A stretch of 56,515 nucleotides of DNA from Chiloscyllium plagiosum. Lineage: Eukaryota. Positions 1-11,659 of this stretch are shown piece after piece. The stretch covers positions 5,220,348-5,276,862 of the forward strand of contig NC_057756.1 in NCBI RefSeq assembly GCF_004010195.1, in the 5' to 3' direction. A program made the translations under genes and the position numbers. The notes under the pieces are model-generated. The model was not told the DNA's origin, searched no databases, and worked only from the letters and a program-made list of their open reading frames with translations. How positions within the stretch are numbered: position 1 is the first letter of the stretch; each line of letters opens with the position of its first letter.

Positions 1-735
1 ACCCTAACCTACACATCCCTGGGCACTATAGGACAATTTAGCAAGGTCAATCCACCCTAACCTACACATCCCTGGGCACTATAGGACAATTTAGCATGGC
101 CAATCCACCCTAACCTGNNNNNNNNNNNNNNNNNNNNNNNNNNNNNNNNNNNNNNNNNNNNNNNNNNNNNNNNNNNNNNNNNNNNNNNNNNNNNNNNNNN
201 NNNNNNNNNNNNNNNNNNNNNNNNNNNNNNNNNNNNNNNNNNNNNNNNNNNNNNNNNNNNNNNNNNNNNNNNNACCCTAACCTACACATCCCTGGGCACT
301 ATGGGACAATTTAGCATGGCCAGTCCACCCTAACTTACACATCCCTGGACACTATGGGACAATTTAGCATGGCCAATCCATCCTAACCTGCACATACCTG
401 GGCACTATGGGACAATTTAGCATGGCCAGTCCACCCTAACTTACACATCCCTGGGCACTATAGGACAATTTAGCACTGCCAATCCACCCTAACTTACACA
501 TTCCTGGGCACTATAGGACAATTTAGCACTGCCAATCCACCCTAACCTGCACATCCCTAGGCATGATGGGACAATTTAGCATGGCCAATCCACCCTGGAC
601 TGTGGGAGGAAAACCACGCAGACACGCGGCAGAATGTGCAAACTCCACACAGACAGTCACCCGAGGCTGGAATCGAACCCAGGGCCCCGGCGCTGTGAGA
701 CCACAGTGCTGACCCACTGAGCTACTGACAGAACT
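1..735 (-). mobile_element. HE1-type V-SINE with an internal 53-bp tandem array (interrupted by a gap)
   Basis: Unit acatccctgggcactatgggacaatttagcatggccaatccaccctaacctgc repeats from 1 to ~597. It is followed by the reverse complement of the SINE core and tRNA-like head (gtgcaaactccacacagacag...tcgaaccc...ccactgagc). Confidence 0.85.
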
Positions 736-960
736 GAAACCAACATGGTCGTTCTGAAAGACGAGAGACTTATCAAACAATCAAGGTGTTTTCCAATGCA
801 TAATTTCAGTTACATTACACCGCAATCTTTTGCTATAAATTCTGTGTCTTACGATCTTATTCTCCACAACCAGCTGATGAAGGAGCAGCGCTCTGAAAGC
901 TAGTGCTTCCAAATAAACCTGTTGGACTATAACCTGGTGTTGTGTGATTTTTAACTCTGT
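730..960 (+). mobile_element. Solo terminal repeat (pLTR) of Penelope-like family A with hammerhead motif
   Basis: Closely similar to 7160-7360. CTGATGA at 874-880, hairpin GGAGC/GCTCT, then GAAAGCTA at 895-902. Confidence 0.8.
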
Positions 961-1156
961 CTGAATGGGTCACTTTTAAGTACTTCTAATTCTGATATCT
1001 GGTCGGCATGGACAAGTTGGAACGAAGGGTCTGTTTTTGTGCTGTACATTTCTATGACTATTTTTCAATGAATAGATAACGGCGCCCTGGAAATGCTAGA
1101 TGCATTAATGTCCTGACACCTGTAGCCTGCAAATGTTGATCAGCTGGTAATGAGCT

Positions 1157-1580
1157 AGGAGAAAGTGAGGACTGCAGATGCTGGAGGTCAGAGTCGAGAG
1201 GGTGGTGCGGTAAAAGCACAGTAGGTCAGGCAGCATCCGAGGACCAGGAGAGTCCACGCTTCAGGTAAAAGCCCTACATCAGGAATGAGGGTGGGAGCCT
1301 CGGGAGTGGAGAGATAAATGGGAGGGGGGGGTTTAGGGCTGGGGAGAAGGCAGCTGGGAGTGTGATAGGTGGATGGAGGTGGGGATGAAGATGATAGGAT
1401 GTTGATCCCTTGGGGTTGAAGGGTCTCGAGACGGAAGATGAGGCGTTCTTCCCCCAGGCGTCAGGTGGTGAGGGAGCGGAGGAGGCCCAGGACCTGCATG
1501 TCCTCGGCGGAGTGGGAGGGGGAAGTTGAAGCGTTCGGCCACGGGGCGGTGGGGTTAGTGGGTGAGGGTGTCCCAGAGAT
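1157..1580 (-). mobile_element. Penelope-like family B 3' fragment (GIY-YIG C-terminal remnant plus terminal repeat)
   Basis: Minus strand encodes an EERLIFRLETLQPQGIN-like remnant. Same terminal sequence (ggagaaagtgaggactgcagatgctgg) as 8795-9610 and the hairpin inserts. Confidence 0.75.
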
Positions 1581-2019
1581 TCATGAGCTGCCTGTTATGA
1601 TGGGGGCTTGAGAAAGCCACTTCCACTCAATGCTGTAGCTTCAGCTGGGAAACCTGTCACAGCACGTTCTCTGAACAAAGACGACTAAAGGCCATTTTAC
1701 CGCTCACTCCGGTCTGAACGCTTCCTGGCCTGGTCTGGGCCTACACGTGACTCCAGACCCACGGCGATGTGGTTGACTCTCGACCGCCCTCTGGGCAATC
1801 AGGGACGGGGCAATAAATGGTCAGCGATGCAGACGTCCTGCGAATGGGCAGAAAAAACCAGCACACCCGTTACCTCTCGGCGATGGGAAAATAACGACAG
1901 CGAGTAAAGAATCAGGGGACCGGGCTTTCCAATGACAACACATCTGCTGGTGATGGGGGCAGCGGGGTCTGAGGAACACCACACTCAGAGCTCTGCAGTG
2001 ATTCCCGGTCCCCGCGCCA

Positions 2020-3295
2020 CTCTCACACGGCAACAGACCCTTCAGCCCAACCTGTCCACGCCGACCAGGTCTCCTAACCTGAAGCATTTGGCCCACATCC
2101 CTCTAAACCTTTCCTAACCTGACCAAATGCTGTCATTGTACCAGCCTCCACCACTTCCTCTGGCAGCTCCTTCCATACCCGCACCACCCTCTGTGTGAAA
2201 AAAATTCTCCCTCAGTTCCCTTTTAAATCTTTCCCCTCTCATCCTAAACCTATGCCCCTCTAGTTTCGGATTCCCCTATCCTGGGAAAAAGAGGTTGTCT
2301 ATTCACCCCATCCATGCCCCTAAATATTTTATAAACCTCTATAAGGTCACCCTTCCACCTCCAGCTCTATCCAACCTCTCCTACTAACGCAGATCCTCTG
2401 CTCTCGGTAACATTGCTGTAAATCTTTTTCATACCCTTTCCAGCTTAATAACATCCTTCCTATAGAAGGGACGAGAACTGTACGCTGTACTCCAAAAGAG
2501 GCCTTACTAACGTCTTGTACACCCATAGCATGACGTCCCAACTCCTGTACTCAACCGATAAAGGCAACACACCTTCTTCACCATTCTGTCTACCCGTGAT
2601 GCCACTTTCAAGCAACTACGCCCCTGCACCTATTGGTCTGTCTGTTCGACAGCACTCCCCAGGGCCCTACCATTAACTGTCTGAGTCCTGGCCTGGGTTT
2701 ATCTGACCAAAATGCAACGCCTCGCTTTTATCTGAATTGAACTCCATCTGCCATTCCTCAGTCTGCTGGCCCAGATGATCAAGATCCTGTTTAGTCTTAG
2801 ATAAGCCTCTTCCCTGCCCACCATACCACCAATTTTGGTGCCATCTGCAAATTTACTTACCATGCCTCCTGTACTCTCATCCAAATTGTTTATATAGATG
2901 ATGAACAACTGGGGACCCAGCACCGACCCTTGTAGTACACGGCTGGCTACAGGCCTCCAGCCTGAACAATAACCGTCCACCACCACTCTCTGTCTCCTGA
3001 CATGAAGCCAATTTTGTGTCCCATCGGCTAGCCCCTGTGATCTTGCTTTACCAACAATTTACCATGCGGAATCTTGTCAGCAGCCTTGCGAAAGTCCGTG
3101 TTGACAATGTCTACCTTTCAACGAGGTAAAAACAATGACTGCAGATGCTGGAAACCAGATTCTGGATCAGTGGTGCTGGAAGAGCACAGCAGCTCAGGCA
3201 GCATTCAAGGAGCTTCTCACCTACCCTCTTTGTTACTTCTTCAAAAAACTCAAGCTTGTGAGACATGATTTCCCGCACACAAAGCCATGCTGACT
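2020..3295 (-). mobile_element. CR1-clade LINE, degenerate ORF2 3' part
   Basis: RT motifs VLQGSVLGPQLFIIYINNLD and SKFADGTKIGG. Interrupted at ~3120-3212 by a short Penelope-type terminal fragment. Confidence 0.9.
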
Positions 3296-3299
3296 TACA

Positions 3300-5320
3300 T
3301 AGAACACAGAACATTCCAGCGCAGTACAGGCCCTTCGGCCCTCGGTGTTGAGCCGACCTGTGGAACCAATCAGAAGCCCATCTATCCTACGCTGTTCCAC
3401 TTTCATCCATATGTCTATCCAATGACCATTTAGATGCCCTTAAAGTTGGCGCGTCTACTACTGTTGCAGGCCGGGTGTTCCACTTCCCTACTATACTGAG
3501 TAAAGAAACTACCTCTGACATCTGTCCTATATCTATCACCCCTCGTGCTAGCCATCACGAGGAAAAAGGCTCTCACTGTCTACCCTATCTAACCCTCTGA
3601 TTATCTTATATGTTTCTATTAAGTCACCTCTCAACCTTCTCCTCTCTAACAAAACTGCCTCAAGTCCCTCAGCCTTTCCTCATAAGACCTTCCCTCCATA
3701 CCATGCAACATCCTGGTAAATCTCATTCGAACCCTCTCCAAAGCTTTCACATCCTTCCTATAATGCGGTGAACAGAACTGTGCGCAATACTCCAAGTGTG
3801 ACTGCACCAGAGTTTTGTACAGCTACAGCATGACCTTATGGCTCTGAAACTCAATCCCTCTCTAATAAAAGCTAACACATCATATGCCTTCTTTACAACC
3901 CTATCAATCTGGGTGCCAACCTTCAGGGGTCTGTGCACATGGACACGGAGATCTTTCTGCACATCTACACTCTCAGGGATCTTCCCATTAGCCCAGTACT
4001 CTGCATTCTTGTTGCTCCTTCCAAAGTGAATCACCTCACACTTTTCTGCACTAAGCTCCATTTGCCACCTCTCCGCCCAGCTCTGCAGCTTATCTATGTC
4101 CGTCTGTAACCTGTAACATCCTTCAGCACTATCCACAACTCCATCAACCTTAGTGTCATCACAAATTTACTAACCCATCCTTCTACGCCCACATCCAGAT
4201 CATTTATAAAAATGACAAACAGCAATGGCCCCAAAACAGATCCTTGCGGTACACCACTGGTAACTGAACTCCAGGATGAACATTTCCCATCAACCACCAC
4301 CCTCTGTCTTCTTTCAGCGAGTCAATTTTTGATCCAAACCGCTATCTCACCCTCAATCCCATGCCTCTGTATTTTGTGCAATAGCCTATCGTGGGGAACC
4401 TTATCAAACGCCTTACTGAAATCCATATACACCACTTTACCCTCATCCACCTGTTTGGTCACCTTCTCAAAGAACTCAATAAGGTTTGTGAGGCACGACC
4501 TACCCTTCACAAAACTGTGTTGACTGTCCCTCATCAACTTATTCCTCTCAAGATGATTATAAATCCTATAAATCCTTCTCAAAACTCAATAAATCCTGTC
4601 TCTTATAACCTCTTCCAACACCACAACCAAAGTAAGGCTCGCTTGTCTATAATTACCACGGTTGTCTCTAATCCCCTTCTTGAACAAGGGGACAACATTT
4701 GCTACCCTCCAGTCTTCTGGCCTCAATAAATCCTGTCTCTTATAACCTCTTCCAACACTATACCCACAACCAAAGTAAGACTCGCTTGTCTATAATTACC
4801 ACGGTTGTCTCTAATCCCCTTCTTGAACAAGGGGACAACATTTGGTATCCTCCAGTCTTCTGGCACTATTCCTGTAGACAATGGCAACATAAAGATCAAA
4901 GCCAAAGGCTCTGCTATCTCCTCCCTGGCTTCCCAGAGAATCCTGGGATAAATCCCATCTGACCCAGGGGGCTTATCTATTTTCACACACTCCAGAAGTG
5001 CTAACACCACCTCCTTGTGAACCTCAATCTTGTCTAGACTTCTCTCTGATCAGTCCTCACCTTTCTAAATGCATGTAAACCCTGTCTTTCAGTGCCCTGT
5101 CCAGCAATTTACCCACCACTGACCTCAGGTTCATTGGTTTACTGTTCCTTGGCTTTTCCTTGTGGCCTTCTTTAAATAACGGCACCACCTGAGGCCGGTC
5201 TTCTGGTACCTCACCGTGGCGGATACAAATATCTCCACTAGGGGCGCCCCGTTTCATCGCCAGCTTGTCACAACATCCTCGGATACACTTGATCAGGTCG
5301 GGGGATTTATCTACCTTTAT
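3300..5320 (-). mobile_element. CR1-clade LINE copies, frameshifted ORF2/RT
   Basis: [53 protein letters not shown] and PGSDGIYPRILWE. Internal ~140-bp tandem duplication at ~4585-4862. Confidence 0.93.
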
Positions 5321-5324
5321 GATG

Positions 5325-7360
5325 TTGGACTGGGGTGCACAAAGTTAAAAATCACACAACACCAGGTTATAGTCCAACAGGTTTATGTGGAAGCACTAGC
5401 TTTCGGAGCGCCGCTCCTTCATCAGGTGGTTGTGGAGAATAAGATGGTTAAAAAGTAGAATTTATAGCAAAAGTTTACAGTGTGATGCAACTGAAATTAG
5501 ATATTGATAATATTCAGATTATTTGTTAAGTCTCTCAGCTTTTAGAATGACCATGTTAGTTTCAGTTCTTTCATGTGTAAATTGCAAAACTTTTTTAAAA
5601 AGTTACATTCTCAAATGCACTTTAACAATTGGTGTCATGTCGGCCCAGATAAGGTATTGAAGGTGTTAACTCCCTGTGAGGATGTCTGTGCCACAATGGT
5701 CAGACTGATTCTAATCTAAAAAACAGATTTACAGAATCTTACATGGATTCAAGCAGTTTTTGAGCAAAGTATAATGTAATTCTGCAAGTGCAAATTCACC
5801 CCACAAACGTATATGTGTATGTGTGCATGTGGGTGTGTGGGGGTTTATAAGTGTCTGTGAGAGGGTGTGTGGAGATGTATGAGTGGGTGTGTAAAGGGGT
5901 TTAAGTCTGTGAGAGGGTGTGTGTTGGAGCGTATGTGTGAGTGTATGAGAGAGGTTCTGAGTGTGTGCGCGTGTGTGTGCATATATATGCGTCTGTGTGT
6001 CTGTTTGTGTGTGTGTGTCCGTCTGTCTGTCTGTGTGTGTATAGTGCAATGGGGTCACCTGCAGTGTGACATGAACCCAAGGTCCCGGTTGAGGCCCTCC
6101 CTATGGGTACTGAACTTGGCTATCAGCCTCTGCTCGGCCACTTTTTGCTGCTGCCCGTCCCAAAGTCAGCCTTGCATCATGGTCACCCGAAGGTCCGAGA
6201 TCGAATGTCCTGGACTGCCGAAGTGTTCTCCGACTGGGAGGGAACACTCCGGTCTGTCGATTGTTGCGCGGTGCCCATTCATCCGTTGCCGTAAGCTCTG
6301 CTCGGTTTCCCCAATGTACCATGCCTCAGGGCATCCTTGCCTGCAACGTATAAGATAGACAATGTTGGCTGAGTTCACATGAGTACCTGCCATGTACATG
6401 GTGGGAGGTGTTCCCACGCGTAATAGTGGTATCCATGTCCACAATCTGACACGTTTTGCAGCGTCCACCGTGACAGGGTTGTATGGAGTTGTCCTGAGAG
6501 CCGGGCAGTTTGCTACAAACAATGATCTGTTTGAGGTTTGGCGGTTGTTTAAAGGCAAGTAGTGGAGGTGTGGGGAAGGTCTTGGTGAGGTGCTCATCCT
6601 CATTGATAATGTGATGCAGGTCACGAAGAACATGGCGTAGTTTTTCAGCCCCTGGGAAGTACTGAACAACGAAGGGTACCCTGTCAGTTGCTGAGTTTCT
6701 GTAAGAAATCTGTAATGTTGCAACAGAAGCTGAGTGTTCAAGATGTCTTCGACATGGCCAGAGAGGTTCTCACACAGAGTCTCATTGCCTGATACGATGG
6801 GACATCCTAGTGTATTGGCGTTGTGTATTTTCTGAAGGCAGTAGAAGTTGCCCACACGGGAAGTTCTTGGGATGAGCAGGGAACTCTGAAGAACTGAGTC
6901 CAAAGTCCTGATCAGTGTGTTTAGTTCACGGGTGTGCTGTTTGGTCAGATCGGCTGGTAGTTGCCAGTAGTGTTCCTGGTTGTTTCGTTGTCAGTACACT
7001 TCCTTGCAATAACCTGTTCTATTCTGAATGACAATGGCTCCTCCTTTATCTGCTGGTTTGATGACAATGTTGTGATTGGTTTTGAGAGCCTGGATGGCGT
7101 TGCGTTGTGCACTTGAGAATATAACTTTTTTAAAAATAGTTTTGTGATTTATATATGAAAGAACTGAAATCAACATGTTCGTTCTAAAAGCTGAGAGACT
7201 TCACAAACAATCCAGGTCTTTTTCAACATATAATTTCAGTTTCATCACACTGTAAACCTTTGCTATAAATTCTGTGTCTTACGATCTTATTCTCCACAAC
7301 CACCTGATGGAGGAGCACCGCTCCGAAAGCTAGTGCTTCCAGATAAACCTGTTGGACTAT
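5325..7360 (-). mobile_element. Penelope-like retroelement (family A), internally deleted, with inverted terminal repeats
   Basis: GIY-YIG endonuclease NIVYLIRCRQGCPEAWYIGETEQSLRQRMNGHR...LPVGEHF. RT N-terminal motifs IVIKPADKGGAIVI and FYCLQKIH...PIVSG. 5365-5600 and 7130-7360 are inverted copies of each other. Confidence 0.92.
5394..5428 (-). ncRNA. Minimal type I hammerhead ribozyme motif (Penelope family A)
   Basis: Minus strand reads CAC-CTGATGA-A-GGAGC-GGC-GCTCC-GAAA-GCTA-GTG: intact core boxes, 5-bp stem II, CAC/GTG stem I and palindromic AGCT in place of helix III. Confidence 0.8.
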
Positions 7361-8115
7361 CCCTTAATTCCTTGTGACATCAAGAATTTATCATGGGAAA
7401 TATTTGTTCAGGATTTCATCCGTCTTCTGTAGTTCTACTCATAGATGGGCTTGTTGATCTTTAAGGGCCCCTCATCTCTCCCTAGTTTTTTTTCTTAATA
7501 TACTTGTATAATCTCTTTGGAGTCTCCTTAACCATATCTGCCAAAGTAATCTCATGTCCCCTTTTTGCCCTCCTGATTTCCCTCTCAAGTATACTCCTTC
7601 ACCCCCTGTACTCCTCAGTTGAGCCCAACTGTCCAAATGCTTCCTTCTTGTTCTTAACCAGAGCCTCAATACCTCTGGTCATACAGTGTTCCCTACTCCT
7701 GCCAGTTTCAGCCTTGACACCAGGAGGAACAGGCTGTCCCTGAACTCTTGCTATCTCGCTTTTGAAAGCCTCCCACTTGCCAGTGCTCCCTTTATCTGTG
7801 AACCACCACTCCAATCAACTTTTGCAAGTTCCTGTCCAATGCCAGCAAAATTGGCCTTGCTTCCATTTCAAACTTTAACCTGTTGACCAGTCCTATCCTT
7901 TTCCATAGCTATTTTAAAATGATAGGATTGTGGTCACTGGTCCCAAAATGCTACCCCACTTACACCTCAGTCACTTGCCCTGTCTTATTTCTCAAGAGAA
8001 GGTCAAGTTTTGCCCCCTTCTCGAGTTGGGTCATCTGCATATTGATTGAGAAAGCTTTCTTAAACACATTTAACAAACTCCTCCCCATCCAAGCCCTTAA
8101 TATAACGGAAAGTTA
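7361..8115 (-). mobile_element. CR1-clade LINE fragment (region between endonuclease and RT)
   Basis: KWEAFKSEIARVQGQPVP and MTRGIEALVKNKKEAF remnants with many stops and frameshifts. Confidence 0.8.
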
Positions 8116-8134
8116 AAACCCTCCTTTTTAAAAA

Positions 8135-8655
8135 TTCATTCACAGGATGAGGGTGTTGCTGGCTAGGCAAACACTTATTACCCAAAGGGCAATTTTTTTT
8201 AGATCAGATTCCCTGCAGTGTGGAAACAGGCCCTTCAGCCCAGCAAGTCCACACCAACCCTCCAAAGAGTAACCCACCTCCCTCTGAGTAATGCACCTAA
8301 CAACTATGGACAATTTAGCGTGGCTAATTCACCTGGTCTGCACAGCTTTGGATTGTGGGAGGAAACTGAAGCACCTGGAGGAAACCCACGCAGACACAGG
8401 GAGAATGTGCAAACTCCACACAGACAGTTGCCCGGAGGCTGGAATTGAACCTGGGACAGCAGTGCTAACCACTGAGCCACCGTGCAGACCAAGAGTCAAC
8501 CATGTTGCTGTGGGGTTGGAGTCACATACGGGCCAGAAGGGTAAGGATGGCAGTTCCCTTTGCTGAAGGACATTAGTGAATCGGACGGATTTTTCCAACA
8601 ATAAACAATGGATTAATGGTGATCATTAGACTCTTAATTCCAGGTGTTTATTGAA
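8135..8655 (-). mobile_element. SINE with CR1-type tail, carrying a nested HE1-type SINE (~8205-8485)
   Basis: Outer parts are the reverse complement of 19760-20098. The inner part has the HE1 core ggaggaaacccacgcagacac...gtgcaaactccacacagacag. Confidence 0.75.
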
Positions 8656-8794
8656 TATTACAAGCCTATTATTCTTACAGTTGCCTGCAGTTCCACTATA
8701 TATTTGCTCATCCGTTTCCTATCAAAGTGAGCACCCCCTTCTTACTTCTCAGTTCCACCCATATGCCTTCACTGGACAAACCCCTAGGAATTAA

Positions 8795-9610
8795 GAGGAA
8801 GTGAGGGCTGCAGATGCTGGAGAGTCCGAGTCGAAAGGTTTGGCGCTGGAAAAGCACAGCAGGTCATGCAACATCTGAGGATGCAAGGAGAGTCAACGTT
8901 TCGGGCATAATCCCTTCATCAGGAATGTGGAGGGGTGAGTGATAAATAGGAAGGTGGGAGTGAGGCTGGGGGAGAAAGGAGAATGCAGGTGGGGGCTGAT
9001 TGCGATAGGTCAGTGGGGAAGGTTGAGCAGGTAGGCGGGAAGGAAGAGGGTCCGAAGGATCCTTCCACATCCGGTGGAGATTGTCCTGCACGTATCCAAA
9101 CACCTCATTTACTGAGTCCGTCGTTCTCAACGTGGGGTCTTCTAGACATCAGGGAGACAGGACACCAAACCGCGGAGCGTTTCAAGGACGCACGCACCAA
9201 ACAATCCCACCGCCCTGTTGGCGAACAGTTCAACTCTCCCCCCCCTGCCAAGGGCATGCAAGACCTGGACCACCTCCACCACCACATCCAAGTCACCTGA
9301 GGGCTGGAAGGAAGAACGCCTCATTGTCCCCCCGCCCCGGGCCCTCCAACCACCCGGCACCAACGTCGACTGCACCGGTTTGGTAAATCTCCCCTCCCTC
9401 ATCATTCCAGCTCCAACCCTCTTGAACGGCACCGCCCTCTTGATCCTGCCCACGCAAGACCCACCACCCACACCTACCTCCCCCCTCGACCCTCCTACTT
9501 ATCTCGCAGCCACCTTCCCCCACTCCGCATTCCTGATGAAAGGCAAATGCCCGAAACGTTGGCTCTCCGTGCCCCTCGGATGCTGCCTGACCTGCTGTGC
9601 CCTTTCCGAC
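8795..9610 (+). mobile_element. Penelope-like family B fragment with inverted terminal repeats and two hammerhead motifs
   Basis: GIY-YIG remnant (GLLDIRETGHQTAERF...HRPVGEQFNSP...EERLI). Inverted ends at 8800-8930 and 9525-9607. Hammerhead cores at 8899-8922 (-) and 9533-9556 (+). Confidence 0.85.
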
Positions 9611-9779
9611 GCCAACCCATTATCGGTACAGATACCCCTGAGGGATGGGGAACTTTCCATTCCAGGGGTACGACCAACCAAAGCCACCCACCCTCACACA
9701 GGGGCAGACTGCGGAGGCTGGGATCGAACCCGGAGCCATTGAGCCCAGGGGCAGCGACGCTAACAACGGAGCCACAGCA

Positions 9780-9984
9780 GGAGCGACAGGGCGTGGCTAC
9801 CCCCCTATTGTTCAAGAGCGTGACGTACGCGGTCCACCGCTTGATTGACGGGAGGCTGACGGGTTCTGATTGGCCCGGCACGTGGGGTGGGCGGGGACGG
9901 GCTCCGATCGGTCCGGATGGGAGAATGGGGGCGGGTCGCTCGCTGACTGACGGACGGACGGGGGGGAGAGGGAGGGGCAAGGGG
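9780..9984. promoter_or_regulatory. CpG-rich promoter-like element running into an assembly gap
   Basis: Non-repetitive and CpG-dense. Clustered TGACGTA (9821), TGATTGAC (9842), CTGATTGG/CCAAT (9866), CACGTG (9879) and GGGCGGGG (9889). Confidence 0.6.
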
Positions 9985-10896
9985 NNNNNNNNNNNNNNNN
10001 NNNNNNNNNNNNNNNNNNNNNNNNNNNNNNNNNNNNNNNNNNNNNNNNNNNNNNNNNNNNNNNNNNNNNNNNNNNNNNNNNNNNNNNNNNNNNNNNNNNN
10101 NNNNNNNNNNNNNNNNNNNNNNNNNNNNNNNNNNNNNNNNNNNNNNNNNNNNNNNNNNNNNNNNNNNNNNNNNNNNNNNNNNNNNNNNNNNNNNNNNNNN
10201 NNNNNNNNNNNNNNNNNNNNNNNNNNNNNNNNNNNNNNNNNNNNNNNNNNNNNNNNNNNNNNNNNNNNNNNNNNNNNNNNNNNNNNNNNNNNNNNNNNNN
10301 NNNNNNNNNNNNNNNNNNNNNNNNNNNNNNNNNNNNNNNNNNNNNNNNNNNNNNNNNNNNNNNNNNNNNNNNNNNNNNNNNNNNNNNNNNNNNNNNNNNN
10401 NNNNNNNNNNNNNNNNNNNNNNNNNNNNNNNNNNNNNNNNNNNNNNNNNNNNNNNNNNNNNNNNNNNNNNNNNNNNNNNNNNNNNNNNNNNNNNNNNNNN
10501 NNNNNNNNNNNNNNNNNNNNNNNNNNNNNNNNNNNNNNNNNNNNNNNNNNNNNNNNNNNNNNNNNNNNNNNNNNNNNNNNNNNNNNNNNNNNNNNNNNNN
10601 NNNNNNNNNNNNNNNNNNNNNNNNNNNNNNNNNNNNNNNNNNNNNNNNNNNNNNNNNNNNNNNNNNNNNNNNNNNNNNNNNNNNNNNNNNNNNNNNNNNN
10701 NNNNNNNNNNNNNNNNNNNNNNNNNNNNNNNNNNNNNNNNNNNNNNNNNNNNNNNNNNNNNNNNNNNNNNNNNNNNNNNNNNNNNNNNNNNNNNNNNNNN
10801 NNNNNNNNNNNNNNNNNNNNNNNNNNNNNNNNNNNNNNNNNNNNNNNNNNNNNNNNNNNNNNNNNNNNNNNNNNNNNNNNNNNNNNNNNNNNNNNN

Positions 10897-11650
10897 AGGG
10901 GGGCATGTGGTGGTCAGGGAGGCAGGAGTGGGGGCATCTGGTTGGCAGGGAGACAGGAGTGGGGGGGTATCTGGTTGTCAGGGAGACAGGAATGGGGGGG
11001 TATCTGGTTGTCAGGGAGACAGGTATGGGGAGTATCTGGTTGTCAGGGAGGCAGGTATGGGGGGTGTCTGCTTGTTAGGGAGACCGGTATGTAGGTTTCT
11101 GGTTGTCAGGGAGATTGAGGTGGCCGTATCTGGTTGTCATGGGGGACCATGATGGGGGTCTAGTTGTCAGGAGGAGTGGGATCAGGCTATATCATTGTCA
11201 CGGACATCTGTAGGGGGGCATCTGGTTGTCAGGGAGACTGGGATGGAGGGTAACTGGTTGTTTGAGATACCATGATGGGTATTCTGGTTGCAGGGAGACC
11301 ATGATGAGTTCTGTGGTTGTCAGGGACACTAGGATGGGGGTATCAGGTTGTGTGGGGCACTATGAAGGGGTTTCTGGTAGTAAGGGAAATCATGATGGTG
11401 TTTTAGGTTGTCAGGGAGACTGAGATGGGGGTATCTAGTTTTCAGGAGAAAGTGAGGTCTGCAGATGCTGGAGATCAGAGCTGAAAATGTGTTGCTGGAA
11501 AAGTGCAGCAGGTCAGGCAGCATCCAGGGAACAGGAGAATCGACGTTACGGGCATAAGCCCTTCTTCTAGTTTCTAGTTTTCAGGCAGACTGGGATAAGT
11601 TCTGGTTGTCAGGATGTGGGAATCTGATTGTCAGGGAGACTGGGGTTGAG
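10897..11650. repeat. Degenerate ~30-bp G-rich tandem repeat
   Basis: Recurrent gtatctggttgtcagggagac...gggg unit. Confidence 0.85.
11444..11572 (-). mobile_element. Short Penelope family B terminal-repeat insertion with 13-bp TSD
   Basis: TSD tctagttttcagg at 11434-11446 and 11573-11585. Truncated inside the hammerhead core. Confidence 0.85.
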
Positions 11651-11659
11651 GTTCTGTTT

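Noticed and set aside
1..597. Telomeric or subtelomeric repeat (ccctaa)
   Set aside because: Only one hexamer per 53-bp SINE-derived unit and no (TTAGGG)n tract.
9547..11094. 515-aa ORF and other ORFs containing long X runs
   Set aside because: Artefacts of reading through N gaps.
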